Origin: the human T2T-CHM13v2.0 reference genome, Homo sapiens
DNA: 64,000 bases
Assembly: GCF_009914755.1 (NCBI RefSeq)
Contig: NC_060938.1
Reading direction: 5' to 3' (one strand)
Shown: piece after piece, positions 32,272-46,481 of the stretch
Numbering within the stretch: position 1 is the stretch's first letter
How the letters are laid out: each line of letters begins with the position of its first letter
Notes under the pieces: generated by a model
Seen by the model: the letters and a program-made list of their open reading frames with translations, nothing else
Told to the model about the DNA's origin: nothing
Database searches by the model: none
Translations under genes and position numbers: made by a program

Positions 32272-35179
32272 GTTTTTAACATAAGCCTTGAATAATGAAA
32301 AGCCTCCACCCTCAGAATACAAAATAATAGAATAGGAAACCTAAGAGTCACACAGCTTAAGCAGATAGTTTTACAATTATCTCAGCTTGGTACAACCTAA
32401 TAAAAACCCATAAATACAGTTAATAATAAGGAAAACAAGCACTAGCTCACCCTACCTATTTAATAATTATTGTTAACTACAGCAAGCAAAACTCATAGCT
32501 GAAAATTCGTTTGTTTGCTTTTTTCTAGCCTCCCTTGAAAGCCCTGTTTCATCTAGGAAATGCTGTTGGCCAATGGGCGAAAGGACACATCCTAGAGGCG
32601 CACAGCCCTAATTTCCTCCTGTTGAGTTGCAGGCTGCTGCTGAGGCAGCTGAAGACTTGAGAGCATTGCCCTCTCTCCAGAGCGGACTCAGAGAGAGTTG
32701 ATTTTCTCTGTCAAAGGCGATGGCGCCAAAACCCTCCTGTGCCCCTCACTCCAGATAGAACCCTCAGGAACAGCCAGGCATGGAAGAGACTGTCTTTATG
32801 GCTTCCTCTCCCTACTGGGCCTCCATGCCCTGCTTACACCCCTTTCCTCCCCAGAAAGTGATCAGGATATGCACACGGCCCACAGAAGCCCAGCCCACAG
32901 CTATGCCATCATTCTATCATCCCATGGAATAGGGAAAAGCGGGTCTGCCCCTGTTAGGCTGATGTGGGAATCAAGAGACCTGGATTCCAGATTGGAGTTG
33001 GAACTTAGTCACTTTGGGTTTTTGGCAAATCTCTCAAGCCCTCTGGGCCCAGGTCTCCCACGTCAAATGGAGAGATCGTCTTCACATATTCCAAATGATG
33101 GAACACGGGCAGAGCCAAATTAAGGGGTGGGGCAGGCCAACCACGTGGCACCCGGGCTCCAGTCTCTAATCACACTAAGTCATTACCAGGAACATAGAAA
33201 GGTTTACTAGTGTCACTCAGGCAGAGAACTTTGAGAAATAGGACCTGGCTTTCATGGAATAGTCCAGTTCGCATCAAGGTCCCACTGTAATGATTATTAC
33301 ACTTTTCCCTCTCAAAAGCGCCCTTGCTTGGCTGATAAATGATAAAGTCACCCTACTAATAAGCTGTTTGTGGTGGGAGTGAGGTGAGACACGTGGCCCA
33401 AGGCACGGACAGTAATGGCAATACATGGGCTTCTAAGGAAGACAAGTTCAGTTTGGTCAAGAGGTGGGGTGCAGGTCCGGGGCCAGAACTGAGCTGCTAA
33501 GGACAAGAGAGGAGAGGCTGCCTCTGGTGGCCCGGCTTCTCCATTTGCCATGCACACAGCCTTTGCCTCTTCTTTTATTTGTCAAATATTTAGAGAATAT
33601 TCGCCAAAGTGTGAGCTCCCCAGGAGGCCCACAGGTGCTGGAGAGAAGAGAGGGCTTTGGAGAGTACTGTAAGGTGAAAGAAACCTACCAACAGGTGCCT
33701 AACTGCCTGGCCATGCTAAGCGCCTGAGCCCTGGGACAGGGTATGATCCCAGCCCTTCACAGTGCCTGACCCTGACGGGCATGCACTTGGTAAGTGTTCA
33801 TTCTGGGGACCTGGAACAAGCGAAGCTCAAGCCCTCCTTCTGTTCTTGGAAAACTCCTCCTCCCCATGGCAGCTGCATCTCGACCACCAATCCTACTGGA
33901 CCACAGGATGCAGGAGGACTACACTGTGTCCTGGATCTCGTCATTACAAGAGCAGGAGGTGAGCACTGAGAAAGATCCAGAAGAACTCATGCAAGCAGAG
34001 GCTGTGGTCTGTGGGGAGGAGGGCCGGGCAGGGCAGCGGACCAGAGGAAGAAGCAACAAAGAAGGAAGGGGAAGAGGAGGAGGAGGAGGAGGGGGGCCGC
34101 AGAGTCACTGTGGGTGGAGGGAGAGCACCGCCAGCACATGCCCCACAGCCATCAATATCTCTTCGGAGGACAGATTATCTGGGGAATTTATGCTCTCTAA
34201 TAATTACCTTGCAGAGGGTTCCACTTATCTTACCAGAGGAATCTGCCAGTTGCCAGACACACAGGATTCTAGTCAATTCCATCCACACTGCCCTCCCCCT
34301 CTGCCCTCCTCCCCACCTCCCTGGCTCCTGACTTCTGACCTCTGAATTCTAACCTTTCTTTGCCTCTCCAGTCTAGGGGGAGGTTGATGGTGGAAGGGTC
34401 ACAACAACTTTTAACAGATGTAAAGGCCAACAAAGGGGTTGGTGGGTTGTCCCTTATCAGTAGATATGAGAGTTAACGTCCCAAAGTTGAGGCCAGGCCT
34501 GAGGAAGTATAGGCTCTTGCCAAAGACAGTGTGTGAAGGGCCAAGCAATGCTTTGGGGCAGACTGACTTGATTATTTTTGTCTTCACCTGATGCCATCAG
34601 ACCTGGTTAGGATTAATTTTATCTTCTAGTCTTCACATCCCTCCTCAAAGCCTTCCTATCCCCACTCCAGCCCTCCAGTGAGGCCTCCCTCCAATAATGG
34701 CGTGGCTACTTATTCGAAAACCATCACGTGTTGCTTTGGGTTGCTGTGGTTTCTTTAAACGCACGTTGCAGTCCTGGCTGTGAGCTCCTGGAGAACATGG
34801 GTACTGCATCCGTACTGAATCAGGACTACCTGAGCAACAGTAACAACATCCAGATGGCCCTGACGGTGGGCGGGACAGTGCCCTCCCTGCTTAGAAACAG
34901 GAACCACATTTCATCTCCACAACAACCCTATGAAAGAGATGCTACTACTACCCCTCATTATACAGCTGAGGACCTGGGAGCTCAGACAGCTTCAGTCACA
35001 GGCCCACGGTCACTTGGTCAGTGGCCAAGTCAGGATTTGAACCAGGTGGTCTTGTTTCAGAGTCTGGGCTCTTAACCACTCCACACCACGCTGCCTCTGT
35101 AGGAGAGGTTTGCTGACTGATTCGGACATTTTGTGTTGTATCTATCCGCTTATTTAAGTCATCCTTTTCTAAAATAATA

Positions 35180-35493
35180 ATTTTTTTTGAGACATGGTCT
35201 CGCTCTGTCACTCAGGCTGTGCAGGAGCTCTGTCACTCAGGAGTGCAGTGGCATGGCTCACTGCAGCCTCGATCTTCAGAGCTCAAGCAATTCACCTACT
35301 TAGCTACCCCAGTAGCTAGGACTACAGGCATGTGCCACCATTCCCAGCTAATTTTTTTTTCTTTTTTTAAGAGAGATCGTGTCTCACTTTGTTGCCCAGG
35401 CTGGTCTCAAACTCCTGGACTCAAGTGATCCACCTGCCTCAGCTTCCCAAAGTGCTGCTGGGATTACAGGCATGAGCCTGGGTGCACCTGGGC
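35180..35493 (-). mobile_element. AluJ
   Basis: Antisense Alu with a small internal duplication (gctctgtcactcagg twice). Confidence 0.9.
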
Positions 35494-35624
35494 TGGTGCT
35501 CCTCCTCCTTAGGACTCCACTCACTGCTCCCTCCTCAGGGGGCCTCCCCCAAACTCCTTAGCTCTGGCACTCATTCTTTTTCCATCACTCTGGCACGATG
35601 CCAACTATCAAAAATTATTTTATA

Positions 35625-35905
35625 GGCTAGGTGTGGGTGGCTCATGCCTGTAATCCCAGCACTTTGGGAGGCCAAGGCAGGCAGATTGCTTGAGCCCAGG
35701 AGTTCAAGACCAGCCTGGGCAACATAGTGAGACCTCTTCCCTACTTAAAATTAATTAATTGGCCAGGCACAATGGCTCATGCCTGTAATCCTAGCACTTT
35801 GGGAGGCCGAGATGGGAGGACTGCTTGAGACCAGGAACTCGAGACCAGCCTGGTCAACAAAGCGAGACCCCATCTCTTAAAAAATAATAATAAATAAAAA
35901 ATAAT
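35625..35905 (+). mobile_element. Two tandem Alu left-arm/FLAM monomers
   Basis: Monomers at about 35625-35755 and 35761-35905. Confidence 0.85.
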
Positions 35906-35929
35906 TAATTAATGTATATGTTTATTTAC

Positions 35930-36070
35930 TACCTGCTTTTCTCAATAGATATAAAAGCTTCCTGGGAGAAAGACTGGTCTAATTTGTTCACCCCTCTATC
36001 ACCAGTGCCTAAAGCTGGTCCCTAGCATATAGTAGGCACTATATAAATATGAGTTGGATGAATGAATTGT
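35930..36070 (+). mobile_element. L2 3' end
   Basis: ctagcatatagtaggcact...ggatgaatgaat. Confidence 0.65.
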
Positions 36071-36499
36071 CTGATGTCCCCACTGAGCATTCCATAATAC
36101 ATGATGGCTACTTAATTGGACACTTTATTTTATGCAAACTCATCTATCTGTTCTTTATTTATTAGACTTTACAGTGTACCAGGCACCTTGCTGAGTAGGT
36201 TAGGATTTCACTGTACCCTGATATGAGGTAGAGAATATTGTCTTTATCATTCTCATGTTACAGATGAGGAAACTGAGACTCAGAGGTTACACAGCTTGCC
36301 CAAGACCATACAGAAATAGGGTAAGACTTAACCCCCATTCTGTCAGTCCCCCTGAGTCCATGATATTAAGCATTCTGCCTCATTGCCTCTGGCTGGGTCC
36401 CCTCAGTAACATGATTCTCTTTACCCCTGAACCTCTAAAATGTCCCCAGCCTTACTTCTCCCCCCTCAAGAGCCCCGTCGCCTCTTTCTCTGGCCTCTG

Positions 36500-36930
36500 T
36501 GTGCTGGCTCTCCTCCATTGGTCCCTCCAGATTCTCTCTCTGCCATTCTTTTCCCTGCTGGGTGCTGCGGAAGTCTGTCCTGTATGGTCAGCCATTTGCC
36601 CTCTTCCCTCTGCTCCTGGTGGTCTGGGTCAATGGCAGGTGCCGAGAGAGGGAAGAGAGACAGGGGATTTCCTCTCCCCGCCCCTTCCTGCTGTGGAGTG
36701 TCTGCATCTGCCCACTGAAGGTCACAGCTCCTGTGGGCCAGCCCTCTTCATACAGCTACCTCTGCAATCTGGTGACCTTCCCCACTCCCCCGACCTAGCC
36801 CTAGGCTGCTGCACTAGCCCCCCACCATGTGAGTCCCTGCCCGCAGTTTTGAAACTAGACATGTTACTAAACACTCCTCAGTTTACTTCGTGTGGAGCTG
36901 CTGCTTTGCTGGAACCCTGCCTCTCGGACA
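36500..36930 (+). mobile_element. LTR33-like ERVL LTR
   Basis: Resembles LTR33 (ccctccagattctctctctgcc...tgccctcttccctctgctcctggtggtctgggtcaatgg). Confidence 0.45.
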
Positions 36931-39900
36931 TATGAGTGCTACATGGCCTCTGCCCCTCCCCCAGGTCCCCCACCACTGCCGCTGCCCCCTGGTCACTGCA
37001 GCTGCCTCACCAGGCCCTTCTTTGCTGCCAGGGTTTGTTCTCTGTCTCCAAGACCTATAAATAAATGTTGATTTGCTGGCTTGAAGGTTTGCCCTGGCAG
37101 CCCCACCAGGGAGAGCAGTGCCCTGGGGAGCCCAGCAAGCCCACAGCAAGCTGTCCTCCCAAGACTAGGAGAAAGCAGAGAGCATCGGGTCCAATGCAGG
37201 GGTCCCCTATGCTCGGAGCTTCCCCCTGTGCGGGGTGTTAAGGGACCCCTCAGATGATGTCCTGGTGCCTCAAACAAAGCCGCCATCACAGCTTCAAAAT
37301 CACAATATCATTTGTTGAGCAACTACTATGTGGCAGGTTCTGGGTTGCCATTTGCATACATTCACTTTCATGTTAAAAGACGAGAAAAACAGGTTCACAG
37401 AGGTTAAGGAATTTAACCAAAACCTCAAAACTACTAAGTGGATGAACTGGAATTAGATCCCAGGTCAGCCCAAATCTATAAGGCCTTAATTCCCCACCAG
37501 TACATGCTGCCTCATGACCGATCCCTTTGAATGACAGGAGGCCCACAGACTCGAACCTAGTCCAGGCAGGCAGCTCAGAGATGCCAGCCACCCATGGCTG
37601 GGAGGAGATCAGGTGGAGCAGGATGACAGTTAGGATAAAGGGCACAGAGGGCTCCATGCTGCCTAGAGTCACTTTGTCCAAGGACCATGGCACAGTTTGG
37701 CCATAGTGACTGCTGAGCAGCCAGGGGGCTGGAACATGCCCCCCACCCCCGCCCCCAACCCCGACCCACTGCTCCTTCCTGCAGAGCCAGCCAGGAGCCA
37801 TCACTCGTCCTTGGGCACACACCAGCATTTCAAGAAAACAAGCCTGCAAGCACAGACCCCTCTGAGTCAGGCCCAGGACTGTCACGAGGAGACTCTGAAG
37901 GGGAGGGGAGGGACAGGGTGACACAAAGAGGGGGAAGGCCTCCTGCCGCTGGACCTGGAGCCGACTGTGCTTCCCTAAGTCCTTTCTGCAGCCAAAAGGC
38001 ACATTCCCTGAGAACACCGCTCAAGATCCAAAGGCTTTCGCTTTTTATTTTTTAGGAAGCAATGGCAAAAAAAGAAAAGAAAAAAAGAAAGAAAAGAAAA
38101 GAAAAAGAAATCCACATTTCTAGTGTTGGGAGCGATTCTTGGAGGCAAACACACTCTCTTGAACACACACACCCCACAGCGCTTCCCCCACACAGCCCAA
38201 AATAGTCCACACCATGGACTCCTGGAGAACCCGGCTCAGCACAGCCTCCCGACCTTGGTCCACATGACTGCTGGCCAGCTCTCAGTCCCCAGGGTAACAA
38301 AGTACTCCAAGGACCCGCAGTAGCAGCGCCTGCTCCTACAGACCATTTCACCCCTCCCAGCGAAGTCCCATCTGCTGTGTCTCGATGGAGCCAGGTCCAG
38401 TTAGCAGAGGCCACTTCCAATGACCCAGTGTGGCCCAAATCTCCAGAGCTGACCTGAACCTCTCTCCCTCAACCCCTCCAAATCTTAGATTGCTGCTGCT
38501 GCTTCTCCAGGGGAATGGCTCCCACAACATTTTATAGACTGCAAGGAAAATATCCAGAACTGAGACCGTTCTTCAAAATAATAATTTAAAAAAAAAAACA
38601 CTGCTGAAACACAGAACTGGGTGTTATCTTAAAATCTCTGCACAAATAGAATTTGAATGCTCTCACTCCAATCAAAATCATTCTCCGTCCCTCCCTTTAA
38701 ACACTGAAAGTTCAATTCCCCCTAAAGACAGGATTGCAAACATGATTAGGTCCAATTAATTTATGGAGAAACTCAGAATGAAAGGAGAGAAATCAATAGA
38801 ACTGCCTTGTTCTGATCACTACCGCAAATGAAGTAATAATTTGAAGGAGATCTGGAAAGAAAGGAAACCAAAAGTGTCACACCGCAGCCATTGGCCATTT
38901 AACAAGGCAGCATTGCCCCATGTGGACTGGCTGGGTGGAGAAGACCACTCAAGCTTACAAGACACTCCTGGGGACAGAGGGAGGGGAGAGACAGCTGAGG
39001 TCACTTGCTTTCTCTTCATTGTACAGCATGAGGCTCACTGGTGGTAAATTCTCCTCTTTCTCACAAAAGCAAGACGTAAAAGAAAGTAAAAGGCAAAAAG
39101 CATCCACACAAGCTGCCAGTCTAATAAGGACACTGGTAATCTCCAGGCAGGCCAAGGCCATATGGGCTCCCCCTGCAGCTTCATGCTAAGTTTATCTCCA
39201 TCCTCACACTCTACCTCCATCTCTCTTCCATATCCAGGAAGGAAAAAAGGAAATTAACAAGCCGGCATCCAACATCCATCCTGAATCACCAGCTGGGCCA
39301 TGTAGAGCATCCAAAGATGGGGTGGGGAAGCCCCAGGGGAGAGAGAGACATTGACAGATCACCGTCCCCACCTCTCACTTGCCTGCAGCTCCCTTGCATA
39401 GATGATGCTGGCAAATTCAACGTGATTTTCATTGGACCTGCCCAGCAGTCCAGATGTGGGAGCCTAATAACAAATAACAATGCCAGCTCCATGTGATCCT
39501 TGCACCTTCAAGAGAAAATGCCTTGCTGGCCAGCTGGGTTCTCTGGCCACCCTCCAGCCCACCTTGCTGCTTCTGGATGGAGGTTCGTGAAGCTGCTCCT
39601 GGCCTATCCAAATGGCCAGTAAACATTAACATTCATCCAGTCAGGCAACATCCATGGAGTGCCTATTCCATGCCATGCTGCCCCATGTGGGAGGCAGCAA
39701 AGCGCTTCAGTGAAAGGCTGGGGCACTGGCATGAGGACACCAGGTTTGAGTCCCAGCTCCTTGCTTACTTGCTGTCTGAGCTGTTGAACTCTGTGAGCTT
39801 CACTACCCTCAGCTGCAAAATGGGTATGATAATAAGACCCTTCTCATGGCTTCACTGACAAGAACAAATGAGGTGACCTCACTATGGGTGATCAGTAAAT

Positions 39901-40339
39901 ATTAGTGGTTATTACCACAATGTGGGGTCCTACCCTCCACTCATTGCCACCACCAGTGCCAGAAAAAGCCAGCTCATGAGTTAACTCCCAGGCAGTATTA
40001 TCCACTCCAGGGGCCTCTCTGTCCACACAGATGAGCAGAAGCAGAATGCATGAAAAAATAAAATAGCTCAATGCCATTGCTACAGATTGCCCCACCACCA
40101 CCATCTCACCAGTCAGCTTCAAGCCAGCGGGGTCAGCAGTCAGAAGCACAGCCAAGAGTGTGGGGATGATTCCGTGACAAACCATCCCCAGCAGCAGAAA
40201 CCTATCTCACAGCACACATCCTCCCAGAAGTGGGTCAAGGGCATCCATTGCCTTTGTTTAAAGGCACTGGGTCACAAAGGAGGAGGAGCCTTAGCAGGTT
40301 GGAACTTTGGGATATTCCACAGGACAGGTAGAAGGGTGC

Positions 40340-40812
40340 TGTGTTGGTTTTCTATTGCTGCTGAGACAAATTACTACAAACTTTGTAGTTTATGAAAACA
40401 CAAATGTACGATTTTACGGTTCTAGAGGTCAGAAATCCAAAACGAGTCCTAAGGCTAAAAATCCAGGCATCAGCAGGGCTGTATTCCTTTTGGAAGCTCT
40501 AAGGGAGCAGTTTCTTCCTTGACTTTTCCAGTTTCCAGCAGCTGGTGGCCTCTTCCTCCCATGTGTCACTTCTACCTCCACTTCCAACGTCATATCTCCA
40601 GCTCTGACTCTGACCGTCCTGTCTCCCTCTTGCAAGGACCCTTGTGATTACACTGGACTCACCCACATAAGCCAGGATAATCTCCTCACCTCAAAGTCCT
40701 TAACTTAATCACACCTGCAAAATCCCTCATACCATGTAAGGTAACATATTCATAGGTTCCAAGGATTAGGACGTGGACATCTTTGGGGGTAAGGTCACGC
40801 TTCTATCTACCA
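40340..40812 (-). mobile_element. MLT1D-like MaLR LTR
   Basis: ttctattgctgctgagacaaattactacaaact...ggattaggacgtggacatctttgggg. Confidence 0.8.
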
Positions 40813-40932
40813 AAGGCGTGTTCTGCTGCTGCTGCAAGGTACACTTGAATACCGTCAAAGCAATGGTGAAGAATTGAAAGAAACGCAGTTATGTCCTAAG
40901 CCCAGGAATATTGAAGCTGTCCTCTTTTTGAC

Positions 40933-40976
<44 letters not shown>
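40933..40976 (+). repeat. A16-(TA)14 compound microsatellite
   Basis: Direct reading. Confidence 0.95.
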
Positions 40977-40979
<3 letters not shown>

Positions 40980-41886
40980 CAGATGGTGCCTAAGAGCATA
41001 GGATTTGGAACCACATCGCTCTGGGTTCAAATCTAAGCTTCACCACCAGTCCCAGCTGAAGCTATTCAAGACCAGAAGCTCATCTGTGTGAACTTCCATT
41101 TTCCCAACATTGTAGGGTTGATGTATCCTAAGGAATAAAGAACAAAATGCACGCAGAATCTTTCACACCATGTCTGGCACACAGTGAATGCTTAGTAAAT
41201 GGCAACTAAGAAATTGCTCGGTACTGTTATTCTATTAGTTTGGTTCTATCAGACCCAGTCACTAAATAAACCAGTTTGACGTGAAGTACTTGGCTATCAG
41301 CAAATACTACCAGGCCCTGTCAAGTCCCAGGAATCAGAGGGGCTGTTTGGCCAATGCAGACTGACCCTTTCATGCTGACGTCAGGGAGCCCCAGCAGAGA
41401 CAACCAAAGATCTAGAGACATGATCAAAATTTCCCTGTCAGGACATGGTCCAGAACCATGGATCTCAGTTTACTTTCCGCAGAAAGAAGAAGAAAAGGTG
41501 AAGCCCGCACACTTCTCTCTTCCACAAACTCAGGCCCCATTCCCTTGTACGTCTTTCTCTTATAAACAATTGCACTTTATTTTCAATTGTGTTGTGATAA
41601 ATTTGAGCTATAGCTTACAGTCAACAATTTCTATCACAAATCTTTCTGCCTTCCAATTCTGTGTATGTACAAACTGAGGCTAGGACCAAAGGAACGAAGA
41701 CTTTATCTTACATGAATCATTTGATTCCATTACTGAAATCTCTCAGGTGAAGTTAAAATATATATACACTGGGTCTATATTAGAATATATGAGACTTGAA
41801 TTTGATCTGCTAATTAGCTGGGTGACTTTAAGAAAGTATGTAACTTATCTGAGCATCCCTTTCCCCATCTATAAAAGGAGGCAGAG

Positions 41887-42183
41887 GCCAGGTGCAGTGG
41901 CTCATGCCTGTAATTCCAGAAGGCGGAGGCAGGCAGATCACTTGAGCTCAGGAGTTTGAGACCAGCCTGGACAACATGGCAGAACCCCATCTCTACCAAA
42001 AATACAAAAAATTAGCCAGGCATAGTGGCATGGGCCTGTGGTCCCAGCTACTCAGGAGGCTGAGGTGGAAGAATCACTTGAGCCCGGGAGGCGGAGGTTA
42101 CAATAAGCCAAGATCATGCCACTGCACTCCAGCCTGGGTTACAGAGTGAGATTTATTTATCACTAAATAAATAAATAAATAAA
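41887..42183 (+). mobile_element. Alu (J-like) with (TAAA)n tail, inserted in a MIR
   Basis: Two-arm Alu with MIR sequence on both flanks. Confidence 0.9.
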
Positions 42184-42699
42184 TGGAGACAGGAAAATCT
42201 GCCTCTTAAGACTACAGCATGGGTTAAATAGCATGTAAAACCTTTGGCATGTTGGATTTCTAGAGCATGTACTATGTCTCAGACACTACAATAAACATTG
42301 TATGTGCATTAATTCATTGAATCCTAATAACAACTCTATGAGGTGCTGTTTATTATTCCTATTTTCCTAGAAAGTAGACCTCTTGGGGCCAGGGATAGTT
42401 TTTTTCATCTTCAACTCCCAACTCAAATACCCTGTGAGTGGTAAATGCAAGCTACAACTATCATTGTCGATAGTTGAGTCTGGAATCACCGCAGACGATT
42501 TTATAAAGATGGACCCCAAGAGGTAGGGAGGTTTAGAGAAAAGGAGGAAGGAGAGTGTGCAGGTCTTCCCAATGGGGTAAGGTGAGGCATGAGGAAGTGA
42601 CAAGAAATGCCAAGCCAGTAAGAAGACAGGACGAAGCATCGCACCTGGATAGAAGACTAAGTAAAACTACCTTCCTGTGGCTAAGGGGTCTACTAGGAT

Positions 42700-43078
42700 A
42701 CACTCATTGACTTGCTTTGGCCAACAGAATACAGTGGAAGTTAGATTACACCAGTTCCAAGCTCAGGCCTCAAGAGGCCTTGCAAGCTTCCCTTCTGCTC
42801 TCCGGGAACCCTGCCTAGTTGCTTAGCATATGAATACGCTTGGGCTAGCCTGCTGGAGAATGAGCAGACACAGAACACAAACAAGCTATCCTAGATGAAG
42901 CTATTCATCTAGGACAAGCTGACTGCAGACACATAGGTTAACCAGCCCAAATCAGAAGAACCAGCTAGCTGAGCCCAAATCGAATTGCCGACCCACGGAA
43001 TAGTAAGCAAAATAAATGGTTGCTATTTGAAGCCATTAAGCTTTATGGTGTTTTGGTATGCTGCAAAACTAACAGAGG
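42700..43078 (+). mobile_element. Old MLT1 (G/H-like) LTR
   Basis: gacttgctttggccaacagaa...aataaatggttgctatttgaagccattaag. Confidence 0.65.
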
Positions 43079-43630
43079 CAGGAGTCAATGTCTCATTCAT
43101 CTTTATATCTTCAACAGCCAATAAAAGTCCTGGCATGTAATAGTTACACAGTAAACGCTTCATGAATAAAGTATTGAACTGATATATCAATACAGCTGTG
43201 AATAAATAAATGTCATATGCTGGAAAACTGAAATCATGTAAGATCGCATAATTCTATTGAGATACTTCAGCTTAAAGAATATTTTTAAATGGGGTTGGCT
43301 GCTACCTAATTTTAAAATCCATTTTCTTTTTTCTTCCTAGCCAACATCCTTTTCCACAAAGTTTAGTCAAATAGAAAAGAAAGTTTCACATGAACATACA
43401 ACGTAGGATGCGGTGATCGAAAACTAGACTGGTTGCTTAGAGATCCGAGTTCTAGACTCAACTCTCCCAATAACTGGGAGACCTTGCTAATTCTCTTAAT
43501 TACCATTTCTACGTCTATAAAATAGATATTAAAAAATTACCCTTCCCTGTCAACCTCACAGGGTTGTTGTAGCAAATAAGACAGCATGGGAAGGCTCTGA
43601 GCACTTTTTACCGTCAATGATTCTACTTCC

Positions 43631-43941
<311 letters not shown>

Positions 43942-44861
43942 ATTCTACTTCCTCTATAAGCAGAACTTTACTTTTTGATGGTTTCTAGTGTTTTTATAAT
44001 ATATCCTCTTAAGAGCCCCATTTATCCTTTTGCTGTCTTCCTTTTAATATTCTGTATCCCAGTAGCCATATTTTCAACATACATACATACATACATGTAT
44101 GAAACCAAGATAGGAAATGGTTAAAATTATCCTTGATAGTGGAGAAAACTATTGCTCCATCCAAAGAGAGCTGGTATTTCTGGCACTGAGGATTACATGT
44201 GACCAAGGTCAGACATGATACCTGCAAGATGTATCCTCTAGCTCCAGAGTTCCCATGGAGAACTCGGGGTCCCTAGTTGGCTGCAGCAGGGGCTGCCAGC
44301 TGCTAAGGATGCAGCCAGATCCCTTTCCCTTTCCAGAGACTTCTGCCCAGTATGGGAAGTCAGAAGCTCCACACTCCAAGTATGGCTCTTCCACAACCTC
44401 AGTTCCTGCCTTGGGCCAAGTCTTGAGATCAGTGTAGCTGAGCTCCGAGCCCAGGTCTGGCACTGCTAAATGGAAATCCTTCATCTTGGCAACTCCTTCC
44501 ACAATGGCAGAACCAGGTTGGAAGTTCACAAGGTGCTCCAGGCATATCAGGGCTTACTGCCCTCTCCTAAAGCTCCCGAAACCTTTGGAAGTCACAGTTC
44601 TGGAGTAAACATCAGGTGTCCTCATACCCAAGCATCTCAGGAGTGTGCAGGAGGCAGCAGAAGGTAGCCTGTGTCCTGAGGCAGTGCATTCTCCCCATCC
44701 CATGAATGATGGGGCTGGACAGAAGACATCAGGGACAGCAACTCAAACCACTGGGCAGGTGGGGCTGAATGGATGGGCAACACTGGCCGTGCTCAGGGCT
44801 CTGGGTCTTCCTTGACAGTGCAATTGTAATACCTCCATCCTTCCATCAACCCATCCTCCCT

Positions 44862-45725
<864 letters not shown>

Positions 45726-46016
45726 CATCCCACCATTTGATGTTACCAACAGACTCTAATAAGGCTGAGGAAGAACCCAGGGGCCCCATCCAAATACCTC
45801 TAGGCTGCTTGAACTCAAATGCTTTTGAAATAAGGATGGTTCACTGTGGCTGTCAGATGCCACACATCAAACCTGAAAGGAAATTCTAGCCAGGGAATGC
45901 TACAGATGGCAGCTCACCACGGCCCCCACCACTCCTTATTGTCTTTGTCAAGCCCATTTCCTCATTTACTTTACCTGCCTGGTCCCTTTAAATACATAAG
46001 TTTACCATCCCTTATT

Positions 46017-46481
46017 AGATGGATAAATAGATAAATGGATAGATGGATGGATGGATGGATGGATGGATGGATGGACGGACACATGGATGGATGCATGGAT
46101 GCATGGATGGATGGATGGACACATGGATGCATGGATGCTTGGATGGATGGATGGATGCATGGATGGATGGATGGTTGCATGGATGGATGGATGCACAGAT
46201 GGATGTATGGATGCATGGATGCATGCATGCATGGATGGATGGATGTGTGCATGAATGAATGCATGCATGCACAGATGGATGCATGGATGCACAGGTGGAT
46301 GCATGGATGGATGCATGGATGAACGGATGCATGGATGGATGCATGAATGGACGGATGCATGGAGGAATGGATGGATGGATAGATGCATGGGTGGATGCAT
46401 GGATGGGTGCATGGGTGGATACATGGGTGGATGCATGAGTGGATGCATGGGTGGATGCAGGGATGGATGCATAGATGGATA
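46017..46481 (+). repeat. Compound (TGGA)n/(TGCA) tandem repeat
   Basis: About 460 bp of GGAT/GCAT units. Confidence 0.95.

Noticed and set aside
36978-36998. CTCF-like motif (gctgccccctggtcac)
   Set aside because: The core matches but the conserved CC positions are mismatched, so it cannot be supported from sequence alone.
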